Positions 15,201-30,200 of a stretch of 64,000 nt of DNA are shown here, one piece after another (the first letter of the stretch is position 1; every line of letters starts with the position of its first letter). Source of the stretch: Balanoglossus misakiensis. Its lineage: Eukaryota; Animalia; Hemichordata. The position numbers and the translations under genes were made by a program. Under the pieces are notes generated by a model. That model saw only the letters and a program-made list of their open reading frames with translations. It did no database searches and was not told where the DNA came from. Where the stretch lies: assembly GCA_040954595.2 (NCBI GenBank), contig CM082597.2:7708343-7772342 (forward strand), read 5' to 3'.

Positions 15201-18200
15201 CAGCTAAATATACCAAGTTGATTAAAAGAAGAAGATTGAAATACCAAAAGTTGACGGACGACGGATGCGGGACGGACACTTATCAACCTACTGCTACAGC
15301 TCGGCTGACACAAGTGACAGCAGAGCTAAAAATTGTGTATATTCTTCAGTAAGGTTATATAAATGGATCAATCCTTAAAAAGTGCAGAAAGTGGCAACAT
15401 CTTGGGTCTGAGGATCTGACATATGTAGAATGCTGCAAAGTTAAATTTATCCTCATACCCTCCAATAGGATTTTTGACCAAAATTTCTATTCTATTTTTA
15501 GATCTAATTTGCATATTCATGACCCGATCAAATCCAAATTAACAACATCAGGTAGGGACACCATAACACACATTCCTACCGAATTTCGGCTCCATCGTAC
15601 ATGTAGTTCTGGAGAAGATTTTTGACCAAACATTCTATTTTTAGATCTAATTTGCATATTCATGACCCCATCAAATCCAAATTAACAAAATCGGGTAGGG
15701 GCACCATAACACACATTCCTACCAAATTTCAGCTCCATTGTACATGTAGTTGTGGAGAAGAAGATTTTTACCAAAACTTGTATTTTTAGATCTAATTTGC
15801 ATATTCATGACCCCATCAAATCCAAATTAACAAAATCAGGTAAGGGCACCATTACACACATTCCAACCAAATTTCAGCTAAATATACCAAGTTGATTAAA
15901 AGAAGAAGATTGAAATACCAAAAGTTGACGGACGACGGATGCGGGACGGACACTTATCAACCTACTGCTACAGCTCGGCTGACACAAGTGACAGCAGAGC
16001 TAAAAATTGTGTATATTCTTCAGTAAGGTTATATAAATGGATCAATCCTTAAAAAGTGCAGAAAGTGGCAACATCTTGGGTCTGAGGATCTGACATATGT
16101 AGAATGCTGCAAAGTTAAATTTATCCTCATACCCTCCAAAGAGTTTTGTAGTCACGTGTAGTTGCTGGGCAGGATAGACAAAAGGTATATATACTCACTA
16201 TAAATCGTGTAAACTTCGATTTCATACACCAATATAACCTTATCCCTAGCATCATACGGATAGCCAATGTTCAATTCCAATCTATTGGCAGTGAACTCCT
16301 CCGTTTGATTCTTTCTGCAGAAGACGTGTGATGTCGTAATGCCATTTTCACTGTCATGGGTTATGTAATCATCATCATAATATCTTCTGCCATCACCAAA
16401 ATTCGAACCACATAACCGACCGTGATCGTCATTCACAGTCAGATATATATCTTGAAGTAAAAAATAAATTTATTTCAGTCATTCTATACGACACATAACT
16501 ATTTCGATGACAAGAACGAGTTGTTTCTACCGCGTTATATTCAATAACTAGTTCATCTGACTACTGTTTAAAAAAAAAAAGACATTTCGTGCATGTGATT
16601 TGAGCCAGCTTTAATAAGTCCGCTCAATTACCTTGGCAAACTACTGCCTCAGAGATACTTCATCATAATTCTCACCTTGTAGTTGCTTGTGAAAAAGTCT
16701 GACGCTTTCAACTGGTAATTCTACAGGAAAGAATATCTGTACAGATTTTCTTTCTGTAGCAAAACAGTAAGGAATGTGTCCTTTGTCATAGTCTATACGA
16801 GATGTAAATATAGGCAAGGCGTCTTGAAGACCCTTGAAGAACTCCGCTGCAGCACCCCGAAGCAGGTGGAGATCCGTATTACTGGGTGTTCTACCATCAT
16901 TCAATGCCCATGAGTTTAAGCCCCACATCGTTATTCGACAATGCATAGCAACGTTGTACGTACCTGGAAGTTCAGAGTGAATGTCTATCAGGGAGTATTC
17001 ATTCATTCATTCATTCTTTCTTTCGTTCGCTCGCTATTTCGTTTGTTCATTCATTCGTGTATTTTTATTTTTTTATTTAATTGCTATGCCCATGGACAAA
17101 CCACTGGCGAAAAAACAACTTAGATTGCAAAAAATTCTTTCCCAGTTTTTGATATTACCCATTCTGCTTCCAATCGGATGCCAGACACCCTAGTTCACTA
17201 AAGAGTTTTTGGAATCTTGGGAGTGCCGTGGATCGAAAAAATGCTAACACTTACTCTAACTGTTGAATACACTCTTACCCTGACCGTTGAATATACCTAA
17301 CATGTCAACCAACCTGACCATATTAGTTTTATTCTGCCAATCAATAACAACAAACAAACAAACAAATCGCGGAGGGAGAGCCCCCTGTGGTATAAGACCC
17401 CCTCAGCACACCCCAGTAGACCTAAGAATATACTAGGCCTATAGAATTATGTCATGCACCCTTCGACTTCTTTTATCGAAGTCTCAATCAAGGCCATAAA
17501 ACTCTTCAGTGAACTAGGGCGTCTGGCATACAGTTGTAAACAATGAGTAATGTCGAAAACTAGCAAGTAGTGTTGCAATCCAACTTGTAGCGAAAATAGT
17601 CTCATCGAAAAGCTGGTAGCTAAGTTTGGCATGAATTACACCCCATAACCCCTATATTTTTACATATTTGTATCACGCTAACAAAAGGAATAACCAATTA
17701 AAGCTGCAAGCAGCGTTGGCGGGGCACAAGCGGTTCCCATGGTGACCAGCAAATGCCACGGCTGTATCTGCTGGGGATACCAAGATATGGGAAAGTAGGT
17801 CAAAGGTCACCTGAGGTCACCCCAAATTTGGGCAAAAAAATTGGACCCCATACTAGTCTAGATCCAACAAAAAACCAGACCCCTAGCCCTATTGGTTCGC
17901 CTGCAATTAGGTATGCACATAATTAATGAGGTCTTGTGTAAGACTCCATTATGTGCTCAATACCCATACAAGCCAGGGCTCTAACTGCTCTGGAGGCTGA
18001 AATATGGGAAAGTAGATCAAAGGTCACCCAAGGTCACCCAAAATTAGGGCATAAAATTTTGACCCCAGACTGGGCCATGTCCAACCAATACCAGACCTCT
18101 TGCCCTATTGGGTAGCATGGAATTAGATATGCAGAAAAATGATGTTTCAGAAATAGGTCAAAGGTCATTGCCAAAATTACCAAAATATTTGTGTCATGTC

Positions 18201-21200
18201 CTGGCAGCATTGGTACCCATGTCCACAAAATTCATGACTGTGGTGCTTTTACAAGAGGAGGTATGGGGAATATGCATATATAATTAGTTGTTTTAAAACT
18301 GGGTCAAAGGTCATGTGAAAATTGCCCCGAAAAATTGTGACAACTTCCGGTCATATGATGACTCATATCCAAAAATAGAATTTCCGTGCTGTCAATATTT
18401 TGGCTACAAAACGGAATTTTCATTTTTCAATGGTTTTCCGAAAATCCAACATGGCCGCCATAATGATCGACCAATCACAGTGCGCTTCGCAAACTTGATA
18501 GACATAGGTTAGGTGACCACATGCCCCAAATCCCGTGACTCGGCAATCGCTGGTTCTGGAGAAGAAGATTTTTAAAGTTTTAAGTAGTTTTTCAGAAAAA
18601 CAATTGTAGCAAAAAAACTTTATGTGTGACGTCATGATTTCAATGGGGTAAAATGATGGACAGAAGGTAGGCTACCTGCACACCAAATTTGAACTCGATC
18701 GGCCCAGTAGTTTTTGAGAAGGACTCGTTTAACGATTTTCAGGAAATCCAATATGGCCGCCAGGTCACGTGACTAATTAAATATTCACGAGCCACTGCAC
18801 GTCTACTCATTGGCCCCTATCACCCTACCAAGTTTCAGCCCCCTAGGTGCTGCGGTTTTCCAGATCTACCTGGCCGAATTTCTCGGAAGAAGAAGAATAA
18901 TAATAATTAAAGCTGCAAGCAGCATTGTCCGGGCCCAAGCTCTATTATCTGATCAGATTATTAGATATGCACATAATTAATGAGTAGAAACATAATGCTG
19001 TGTTTTATCCCAAGAAATATCAAGGTTATATCTATGTTTGGTGCTGATATAGTGTTAAGTAGGTCAAAGGTCAAGTAAGGTCACCCAAAATTTGGGCAGA
19101 AAATGTTGACCCATAGTGGTCCATGTCCAACAAAAACCAGACCTCTAGCCCTTTTGGTTAGCCCGGAATTAGGTATGCACATAAATAATGAGTTAAGCAG
19201 GTGTCACAGGTGACCCAAAACTTTGGCTTTTCATTATGGCCCCATACCTTCAAACGCCAAGGCTGTATCTGCTGTGGATGTCGAGATATGCAAAAGTAGG
19301 TCAAAGGTCACCCGAGGTCACCCAAAATTTGGGCAAAAATTTTCGACCCAATACTGGTCCATGTCCAACAGAAACCAAACCTCTAGGTCTATTGGTTCAT
19401 CTGTAATTAGGTATGCACATATTTAATGAGGTCAGCAGAGGTCAAAGGGGTCATGAAAAGTAGCGAAATTTTTTGATCACATACAAATCCACATACATCA
19501 AAAACCAAAATCATAGCCCTATAGGTTAGCCTGTAATTAGATATGCAGTAAAAAATGATGTGTCAAAAGTAGGTCAAAGGTCATTGCCAAAATTACCAAA
19601 ATATTTGGGGTAGGTCCTGGCAGGGATGGTACCAATGTGCACAAAAATCAGAACTCTGGTACATTTAGAACACGTAGTATGAGCTATATATGCATATATG
19701 CAGGTTCTTAAAAAAGTAGGTCAAAGGTCATGTGAAAATTTCCAAAATATTTGCAACATATTCTAGTCATATCACGACTCATATCCATAAAAAGAATTTG
19801 TATGCTATCTATTTTTAGACTAGAAAAATGATTTCTTAATTTTCGCTGGTTTTTACAAAATCCAATATGGCCGCCATAATCTTCGACCAATCACAACGCT
19901 CTTCGCAAACTTGATAGACATCAGTTAGGTGATGTCATACCCTAAATCCCATGACTCGGTTATTGCCGGTTCTGGAGAAGAAGATTTTTGAAGATTTTAC
20001 TGTACTTTTTCGAAAATCCAATATGGCGGCCAAAGTCACGTGACCGCTCAGGATTTTATTGTCAAACTTTGAAGGGCAGAGGACATGTGTACCATACACC
20101 AAATTTGAACTTGATTGGCCCTGTGGTTTTTGAGAAGAAGCCATTTAAAGATTTTCAGAAAATCCAATATGGCCGCCAGGTCATGTGACTAATTAAATAT
20201 TCACAAGCCACTGCACATCTACTCATTGACCTTGACCACTGTAGCAAGTTTGAGAAGTGTACCTGTAGCCGTTTCAGAGATCTAGGAGAGCAAAGATTGA
20301 CATAAGAATAAAGAAAGAAAAACTCCAACGAAACCAATACGGGCCCAAGCCTGGCTTGGCTTGGGCCCGTAATAATAATTAAAGCTGCAAGCAGCGTTGG
20401 CGGGGCACAAGCGGTTCCCATGGTGACCAGCAAATGCCACGGCTGTATCTGCTAGGGATACCAAGATATGGGAAAGTAGGTCAAAGGTCACCTGAGGTCA
20501 CCCCAAAATTGGGCAAAAAAATTGGACCCCATACTAGTCTAGATGGAACAAAAAACCAGACCCCTAGCCCTATTGGTTCGCCTGCAATTAGGTATGCACA
20601 TAATTAATGGAGTCTTGTGTAAGACTCCATTATGTGCTCAATCCCCATAAAAGCCAGGGCTCTAACTGCTCTGGATGCTGAGATATGGGAAAGTAGGTCA
20701 AAGGTCACCTGAGGTCACCCCAAATTTGGGCAAAAAAATTGGACCCCATACTAGTCTAGATCCAACAAAAAACCAGACCCCTAGCCCTATTGGTTCGCCT
20801 GCAATTAGGTATGCACATAATTAATGAGGTCTTGTGTAAGACTCCATATGTGCTCCATCGGCCCCCAAAAGCCAGGACTCTAACTGCTGTGGATGCTGAG
20901 ATATGGGAAAGTAGATCAAAGGTCATCCAAGGTCACCCAAAATTTGGGCATAAAATTTTGACCCCAGAGTGGGCCATGTCCAACCAATACCAGACCTCTA
21001 GCCCTATTGGGTAGCATGGAATTAGATATGCAGAAAAATGATGTTTCAGAAATAGGTCAAAGGTCATTGTCAAAATTACCAAAATATTTGTGTCATGTCC
21101 TGGCAGCATTGGTACCCATGTCCACAAAATTCATGACTTTGGTGTTTTGACAAGAGGAGGTATGGGGAATATGCATATATAATTAGTTGTTTTAAAACTG

Positions 21201-24200
21201 GGTCAAAGGTCATGTGAAAATTGCCCCGAAAAATTGTGACAACTTCCGGTCATATGATGACTCATATCCAAAAAAAGAATTTCCATGCTGTCAACATTTT
21301 GGCTACAAAACGGAATTATCACTTTTCAATGGTTTTCCGGAAATCCAACATGGCCGCCATAATGATCGACCAATCACAGTGCGCTTCGCAAACTTGATAG
21401 ACATAGGTTAGGTGACCATATATCCCAAATCCCGAGACTCGGTAACCGCTGGTTCTGGAGAAGAAGATTTTTAAAGTTTTAAGTAGTTTTTCAGAAAAAC
21501 AATTGTAGCAAAAAAACTTTATATATGACGTCATGATTTTAAGGGGGTAAAATGATGGACATAAGGTAGGCTACCTGCACACCAAATTTGAACTCGATCG
21601 GCCCAGTGGTTTTAGAGAAGGACTCATTTAACGATTTTCGGGAAATCCAATATGGCCGCCAGGTCACGTGACTAATTAAATATTCACGAGCCACTGCACG
21701 TCTACTCATTGGCCCCTATCACCCTACCAAGTTTGAGCCCCCTAGGTGCAGTGGTTTTCCAGATCTACCTGGCCGAATTTCTCGGAAGAAGAAGAATAAT
21801 AATAATTAAAGCTGCAAGCAGCATTGTCCGGGCCCAAGCTCTATTATCTGATCAGATTATTAGATATGCACATAATTAATGAGTAGAAACATAATGCTGT
21901 GTTTTATCCCATGAAATATCAAGGTTATATCTATGTTTGGTGTTGATATAGTGTTAAGTAGGTCAAAGGTCACCCAGAGGTCACCCACAATTTGGGCAGA
22001 AAATTTTGATCCATAGTGGTCCATGTCCAACAAAAACCAGACCTCTAGCCCTTTTGGTTAGCCCGGAATTAGGTATGCACATAAATAATGAGTTAAGCAG
22101 GTGTCAAAGGTGACCCAAAACTTTGGCTTTTCATTATGGCCCCATACCTCCAAACGCCAAGGTTGTATCTGCTGTGGATGTCGAGATATGTAAAAGTAGG
22201 TCAAAGGTCACCCGAGGTCACCCAACATTTGGGCAAAATATTTTGACCCCATACTGGTCCATGTATAACAAAAACAAAACCTCTAGGTCTATTGGTTCAT
22301 CATTAATTAGGTATGCGCATATTTAATGAGGTCACCAGAGGTCAAAGGGGTCATGAAAAGTAGCAACATTTTTTGATCACATACAAATCCACATACATCA
22401 AAAACCAAACTTATAGCCCTATTGGTAAGCCTGGAATTAGATATGCAGAAAAATGATGCGTCAAAAGTAGGTCAAAGGTCATTGCCAAAATTACCAAAAT
22501 ATTTATAGCTTATTCTTGTCATATGATGATTCATATCCATAAAAAGAATTTCTGTGCTATCAATTTTTAGGCTAGAAAAGGAATTTTTACTTTTTAATCG
22601 TTTTTCACAAAATCCAATATGGCCGCCATAATCTTCGACCAATCACATTCCCCTTTGCAAACTTGATAGACACCTGTTTAATGACCACACACACCAAATC
22701 TTGTGACTCGGTTATCACCCGTTCTTGAGAAGAAGATTTTTGAAGTTTTACTATGGTTTTTCGAAAATCCAATATGGCCGCCATAATCTTCGACCAATCA
22801 CAATGATCTTCGCAAACTTGGTAGACATCAGTTAGGTGACCAAATACCCCAAACCGCGTGACTCAGTTATCACCGGTTCTGGAGAAGAAGATTTTTGAAA
22901 ATTAAGCCAGATTTCAGAAAAAAAATTGTAGCAAAAAAACTGCAACATTTACAGCAAAATATCCAATTACAAAAATGATGGGTAAAAGGTAGACTACCTG
23001 CACACCAAATTTGAAGTCGATCTGACTTGTAGTTTCTGAGATCTGAGATTTGCATTTTTTCAGAAAATCCAATATGGCCGCCAGGTCACGTGACTAATTA
23101 AAAATTCACAGGTTCAATGCACGACTACTCATTGACCTTGACCACTGTAGCAAGTTTCAGAAGTGTACCTGCAGCGGTGTCTGAGATCTAGAGCGACAAA
23201 GAATTGACACAAGAATAAAGAAAGAAAGAAAGAAGAAAGAAGGAAAGACAGAAAAACCCCAACGAAACCAATAGGGCCCAAGCGCTGGTATGCGCTTGGG
23301 CCCTAATAATAAAGAATTAAAGCTGCAAGCAGCATTGTCCGGGCCCAAGCTCTATTATCTGATCAGATTATTAGATATGCACATAATTAATGAGTAGAAA
23401 CATAATGCTGTGTTTTATCCCATGAAATATCAAGGTTATATCTATGTTTGGTGTTGATATAGTGTTAAGTAGGTCAAAGGTCACCCAGAGGTCACCCACA
23501 ATTTGGGCAGAAAATTTTGATCCATAGTGGTCCATGTCCAACAAAAACCAGACCTCTAGCCCTTTTGGTTAGCCCGGAATTAGGTATGCACATAAATAAT
23601 GAGTTAAGCAGGTGTCAAAGGTGACCCAAAACTTTGGCTTTTCATTATGGCCCCATACCTCCAAACGCCAAGGTTGTATCTGCTGTGGATGTCGAGATAT
23701 GTAAAAGTAGGTCAAAGGTCACCCGAGGTCACCCAACATTTGGGCAAAATATTTTGACCCCATACTGGTCCATGTATAACAAAAACAAAACCTCTAGGTC
23801 TATTGGTTCATCATTAATTAGGTATGCGCATATTTAATGAGGTCACCAGAGGTCAAAGGGGTCATGAAAAGTAGCAACATTTTTTGATCACATACAAATC
23901 CACATACATCAAAAACCAAACTTATAGCCCTATTGGTAAGCCTGGAATTAGATATGCAGAAAAATGATGCGTCAAAAGTAGGTCAAAGGTCATTGCCAAA
24001 ATTACCAAAATATTTATAGCTTATTCTTGTCATATGATGATTCATATCCATAAAAAGAATTTCTGTGCTATCAATTTTTAGGCTAGAAAAGGAATTTTTA
24101 CTTTTTAATCGTTTTTCACAAAATCCAATATGGCCGCCATAATCTTCGACCAATCACATTCCCCTTTGCAAACTTGATAGACACCTGTTTAATGACCACA

Positions 24201-27200
24201 CACACCAAATCTTGTGACTCGGTTATCACCCGTTCTTGAGAAGAAGATTTTTGAAGTTTTACTATGGTTTTTCGAAAATCCAATATGGCCGCCATAATCT
24301 TCGACCAATCACAATGATCTTCGCAAACTTGGTAGACATCAGTTAGGTGACCACATACCCCAAACCGCGTGACTCAGTTATCACCGGTTCTGGAGAAGAA
24401 GATTTTTGAAAATTAAGCCAGATTTCAGAAAAAAAATTGTAGCAAAAAAACTGCAACATTTACAGCAAAATATCCAATTACAAAAATGATGGGTAAAAGG
24501 TAGACTACCTGCACACCAAATTTGAAGTCGATCTGACTTGTAGTTTCTGAGATCTGAGATTTGCATTTTTTCAGAAAATCCAATATGGCCGCCAGGTCAC
24601 GTGACTAATTAAAAATTCACAGGTTCAATGCACGACTACTCATTGACCTTGACCACTGTAGCAAGTTTCAGAAGTGTACCTGCAGCGGTGTCTGAGATCT
24701 AGAGCGACAAAGAATTGACACAAGAATAAAGAAAGAAAGAAAGAAGAAAGAAGGAAAGACAGAAAAACCCCAACGAAACCAATAGGGCCCAAGCGCTGGT
24801 ATGCGCTTGGGCCCTAATTAAAGCTGCAAGCAGCATTGTCCGGGCCCAAGCTCTATTATCTGATCTGATTATTAGATATGCACATAATTAATGAGTAGAA
24901 ACATAATGCAGTGTTTTATCCCATGAAATATCAAGGTTATATCTATGTTTGGTGCTGATATAGTGTTAAGTAGGTCAAAGGTCACCCAGGGGTCACCCAC
25001 AATTTGGGCAGAATATTTTGACCCATAGTGGTCAATGTCCAACAAAAACCAGACCTCTAGCCCTTTTGGTTAACCCGGAATTAGGTATTCACATAAATAA
25101 TGCGTAAAGCAGGTGTCACAGGTGACCCCACAACTTTGGCTTTTCATTATGGCCCCATACCTCCAAACGCCAAGGTTGTACCTGCTTTGGATGCTGAGAT
25201 ATGCAAAAGTAGGTCAAAGGTCATCTGAGGTCACCCAAAATTTGGGTAGAAAATTTTGACCCATAGTGGTCCATGTATAACAAAAACAAAACCTCTAGGT
25301 CTATTGGTTCATCTGTAATTAGGTATGTGCATATTTAATGAGGTCAGCAGAGGTCAAAGGGGTCATGAAAAGTAGCAAAATTTGTTGATCACATACAAAT
25401 CCACATACATCAAAAACCAAACTTATAGCCCTATTGGTTAGCCAGGAATTAGATATGCAGAAAAATGACGCGTCAAAAGTAGGTCAAAGTTCATTGCCAA
25501 AATTACCAAAATATTTACAGCTTATTCTTGGCATATGATGATTCATATCCATAAAAAGAATTTCTGTGCTATCAATTTTTAGGCTAGAAAGGGAATTTTT
25601 ACTTTTTAATTGTTTTTCACAAAATCCAATATGGCCGCCAAAATCTTCGACCAATCACAATGATCTTCGCAAACTTGATAGACATCAGTGTAGTGACCAT
25701 ACTCCCCAAATCTTGTGACTCGGTTATCGCTGGTTCTTGAGAAGAAGATTTTTGAAATTTTACTAGGGTTTTTCGAAAATCCAATATGGCCGCCATAATC
25801 TTCCACCAATCACAATGATCTTCGCAAACTTGATAGACCTCAGTTTGGTGACCACATACCCCAAACCCAGTGTCTCGGTTATCACCGGTTCTGGAGAAGA
25901 AGATTTTTGAAATTTAAGCCAGATTTCAGAAAAAAAATTGTAGCAAAAAAACTGCAACTTTTTCAGCATAATTTCCAATTACAAAAATGATAAGCAGAAG
26001 GTAGTCTACCTGCACGCCAAATTTGAAGTCGATCTGACTTGTAGTTTCTGAGATCTGAGATTTGCATATTTTCAGAAAATCCAAGATGGCTGCCAGGTCA
26101 TGTGACTAATAAGAAATTCAAGGGTTCAATGCACGACTACTCATTGACCTTGACCACTGTAGCAAGTTTCAGAAGTGTACCTGCAGTGGTGTCTGAGATC
26201 TAGAGCGACAAAGAATTGACACAAGAATAAAGAAAGAAGAAAGAAAGATTAAAGCTGCAAGCAGCATTGTCCGGGCCCAAGCTCTATTATCTGATCTGAT
26301 GCTAATATAGTGTTAAGTAGGTCAAAAGTCACCCGAGGTCACCCAACATTTGGGCAAAATATTTTGACCCCATACTGGTCCATGTATAACAAAAACAAAA
26401 CCTCTAGGTCTATTGGTTCATCATTAATTAGGTATGCGCATATTTAATGAGGTCACCAGAGGTCAAAGGGGTCATGAAAAGTAGCAAAATTTTTTGATCA
26501 CATACAAATCCACATACATCAAAAACCAAACTTATAGCCCTATTGGTTAGCCTGGAATTAGATATGCAGAAAAATGATGCGTCAAAAGTAGGTCAAAGTT
26601 CATTGCCAAAATTACCAAAATATTTATAGCTTATTCTTGTCATATGATGATTCATATCCATAAAAAGAATTTCTGTGCTATCAATTTTTAGGCTAGAAAA
26701 GGAATTTTTACTTTTTAATCGTTTTTCACAAAATCCAATATGGCCGCCATAATCTTCGACCAATCACATTCCTCTTCGCAAACTTGATAGACATCTGTTT
26801 AATGACCACACACACCAAATCTTTTGACTCGGTAATCGCCCGTTCTGGAGAAGAAGATTTTTGAAGTTTTACTATGGTTTTTCGAAAATCCAATATGGCC
26901 GCCATAATCTTCGACCAATCACAATGATCTTCGCAAACTTGATAGACATCAGTTAGGTGACCACATACCCCAAACCGCGTGACTCAGTTATCACCGGTTC
27001 TGGAGAAGAAGATTTTTGAAATTTAAGCCAGATTTCAGAAAAAAAATTGTAGCAAAAAAACTGCAACATTTACAGCAAAATATCCAATTACAAAAATGAT
27101 GAGTAGAAGGTAGACTACCTGCACACCAAATTTAAAGTCGATCTGACTTGTAGTTTCTGAGATCTGAGATTTGCATTTTTTCAGAAAATCCAATATGGCC

Positions 27201-30200
27201 GCCAGGTCACGTGACTAATTAAAAATTCAAGGGTTCAATGCATGACTACTCAATGACCTTGACCACTGTAGCAAGTTTCAGAAGTGTACCTGCAGCGGTG
27301 TCTGAGATCTAGAGCGACAAAGAATTGACAGAAGAATAAAGAAAGAAAGAAAGAAAGAAGGAAAGACAGAAAAACCCCAACGAAACCAATAGGGCCCAAG
27401 CGCTGGCTTGCGCTTGGGCCCTAAAAAACCCCAACGAAACCAATAGGGCCCAAGCGCTGGCTTGCGCTTGGGCCCTAAAAATTCCAACAATACCAATAGG
27501 GGCACAAGCCCGATAGGCTTGTGCCCCTAATAATAATTAAAGCTGCAAGCAGCATTGTCCGGGCCCAAGCTCTATTATCTGATCTGATTATTAGATATGC
27601 ACATAATTAATGAGTAGAAACATAATGCTGTGTTTTATCCCATGAAATATCAAGGTTATATCTTTGTTTGGTGTTGATATAGTGTAAAGTAGGTCAAAGG
27701 TCACCCAGAGGTCACCCACAATTTGGGCAGAAAATTTTGACCCATAGTGGTCCATGTCCAACAAAAACCAGACCTCTAGCCCTTTTGGTTAGCCCGGAAT
27801 TACGTATGCACATAAATAATGAGTAAAGCAGGTGTCACAGGTGACCCAAAACTTTTGCTTTTCATTATGGCCCCATACCTCCAAACGCCAAGGCTGTATC
27901 TGCTGTGGATGTCGAGATATGCAAAAGTAGGTCAAAGGTCATCTGAGGTCACCCAAAATTTGGGCAGAAAATTTTGACCCATAGTGGTCCATGTCCAACA
28001 AAAACCAGACCTCTAGCCCTTTTGGTTAGCCCGGAATTAGTTATGCACATAAATAATGCGTAAAGCAGGTGTCACAGGTGACCCAAAACTTTGGCTTTTC
28101 ATTATGGCCCCATACCTCCAAATGCCAAGGCTGTACCTGCTTTGGATGCCGATATATGCAAAAGTAGGTCAAAGGTCATCTGAGGTCATCCAAAATTTGG
28201 GCAGAAAATTTTGACCCATAGTGGTCCATGTCCAACAAAAACCAGACATCTAGCCCTTTTGGTTAGCCCGGAATTTGGTATGCACATAAATAATGAGTAA
28301 AGCAGGTGTCACAGGTGACCCAAAACTTTGGCTTTTCATTATGGCCCCATACCTCCAAACGCCAAGGCTGTATCTGGTGTGGATGTCGAGATATGCAAAA
28401 GTAGGTCAAAGGTCACCCGAGGTCACCCAACATTTGGACAGAAAATTTTGACCAATAGTGGTCCATGTCCAACAAAAACCAGACCTCTAGCCATTTTGGT
28501 TAGCCCGGAATTAGGTATGCACATAAATAATGAGTAAAGCAGGTGTCACAGGTGACCCAAAACTTTGGCTTTTCATTATGGCCCCATACCTCCAAACGCC
28601 AAGGCTGTATCTGGTGTGGATGTCGAGATATGCAAAAGTAGGTCAAAGGTCACCCGAGGTCTCCCAACATTTGGGCAGAAAATTTTGACCAATAGTGGTC
28701 CATGTCCAACAAAAACCAGACCTCTAGCCATTTTCGTTAGCCCGGAATTAGGTATGCACATAAATAATGAGTAAAGCAGGTGTCACAGGTGACCCAAAAC
28801 TTTGGCTTTTCATTATGGCCCCATACCTCCAAACGCCAAGGCTGTATCTGGTGTGGATGTCGAGATATGCAAAAGTAGGTCAAAGGTCACCCGAGGTCTC
28901 CCAACATTTGGGCAGAAAATTTTGACCAATAGTGGTCCATGTCCAACAAAAACCAGACCTCTAGCCATTTTCGTTAGCCCGGAATTAGGTATGCACATAA
29001 ATAATGAGTAAAGCAGGTGTCACAGGTGACTCAAAACTTTGGCTTTTCATTATGGCCCCATACCTCCAAACGCCAAGGCTGTATCTGGTGTGGATGTCGA
29101 GATATGCAAAAGTAGGTCAAAGGTCACCCGAGGTCACCCAACATTTGGGCAAAATATTTTGACCCCATACTGGTCCATGTATAACAAAAACAAAACCTCT
29201 AGGTCTATTGGTTCATCTGAAATTAGGTATATGCATATTTAATGAGGTCAGCAGAGGTCAAAGGGGTCATGAAAAGTAGCAAAATTTTTTGATCACATAC
29301 AAATCCACATACATCAAAAACCAAACTTATAGCCCTATTGGTTAGCCTGGAATTAGATATGCAGAAAAATGATGCGTCAAAAGTAGGTCAAAGGTCATTG
29401 CCAAAATTACCAAAATATTTATAGGTTATTCTTGTCATATGATGATTCATATCCATAAAAAGAATTTCTGTGCTATCAATTTTTAGGCTAGAAAAGGAAT
29501 TTTTACTTTTTAATCGTTTTTCACAAAATCCAATATGGCCGCCATAATCTTCGACCAATCACATTCCCCTTCGCAAACTTGATAGACATCTGTTTAATGA
29601 CCACACACACCAAATCTTGTGACTCGGTTATCGCCCGTTCTGGAGGAGAAGATTTTTGAAGTTTTACTATGGTTTTTCGAAAATCCAATATGGCCGCCAT
29701 AATCTTCGACCAATCACAATGATCTTCGCAAACTTGATAGACATCAGTTAGGTGACCACATACCCCAAACGGCGTGACTCGGTTATCGCCGGTTCTGGAG
29801 AAGAAGATTTTTGAAATTTTGACCAGATTTCAGAAAAACAACTGTAGCAAAAAAACTGCAACATTGACAGCAAAATATCCAATTACAAAAATGATGGGCA
29901 GAGGGTATACTACCAGCACGCCAAATCTGAACTCGATCTGACTTGTAGTTTCTGAGATCTGAGATTTGCATTTTTTCAGAAAATCCAATATGGCCGCCAT
30001 GTCACGTGACTAATTAAGTATTCACAAGTCACTGCACATCTACTCATTGACCTTGACCACTGTAGCAAGTTTGAGAACTGTACCTGCAGCGGTGTCTGAG
30101 ATCTAGAGCGCGAAAGAAGTGAACCAAGAATAAAGAAAGAAAGAAAGAAAGAAAGAAAGAAAAACCCCAACGAAACCAATACGGGCCCAAGCCTGGCTTG

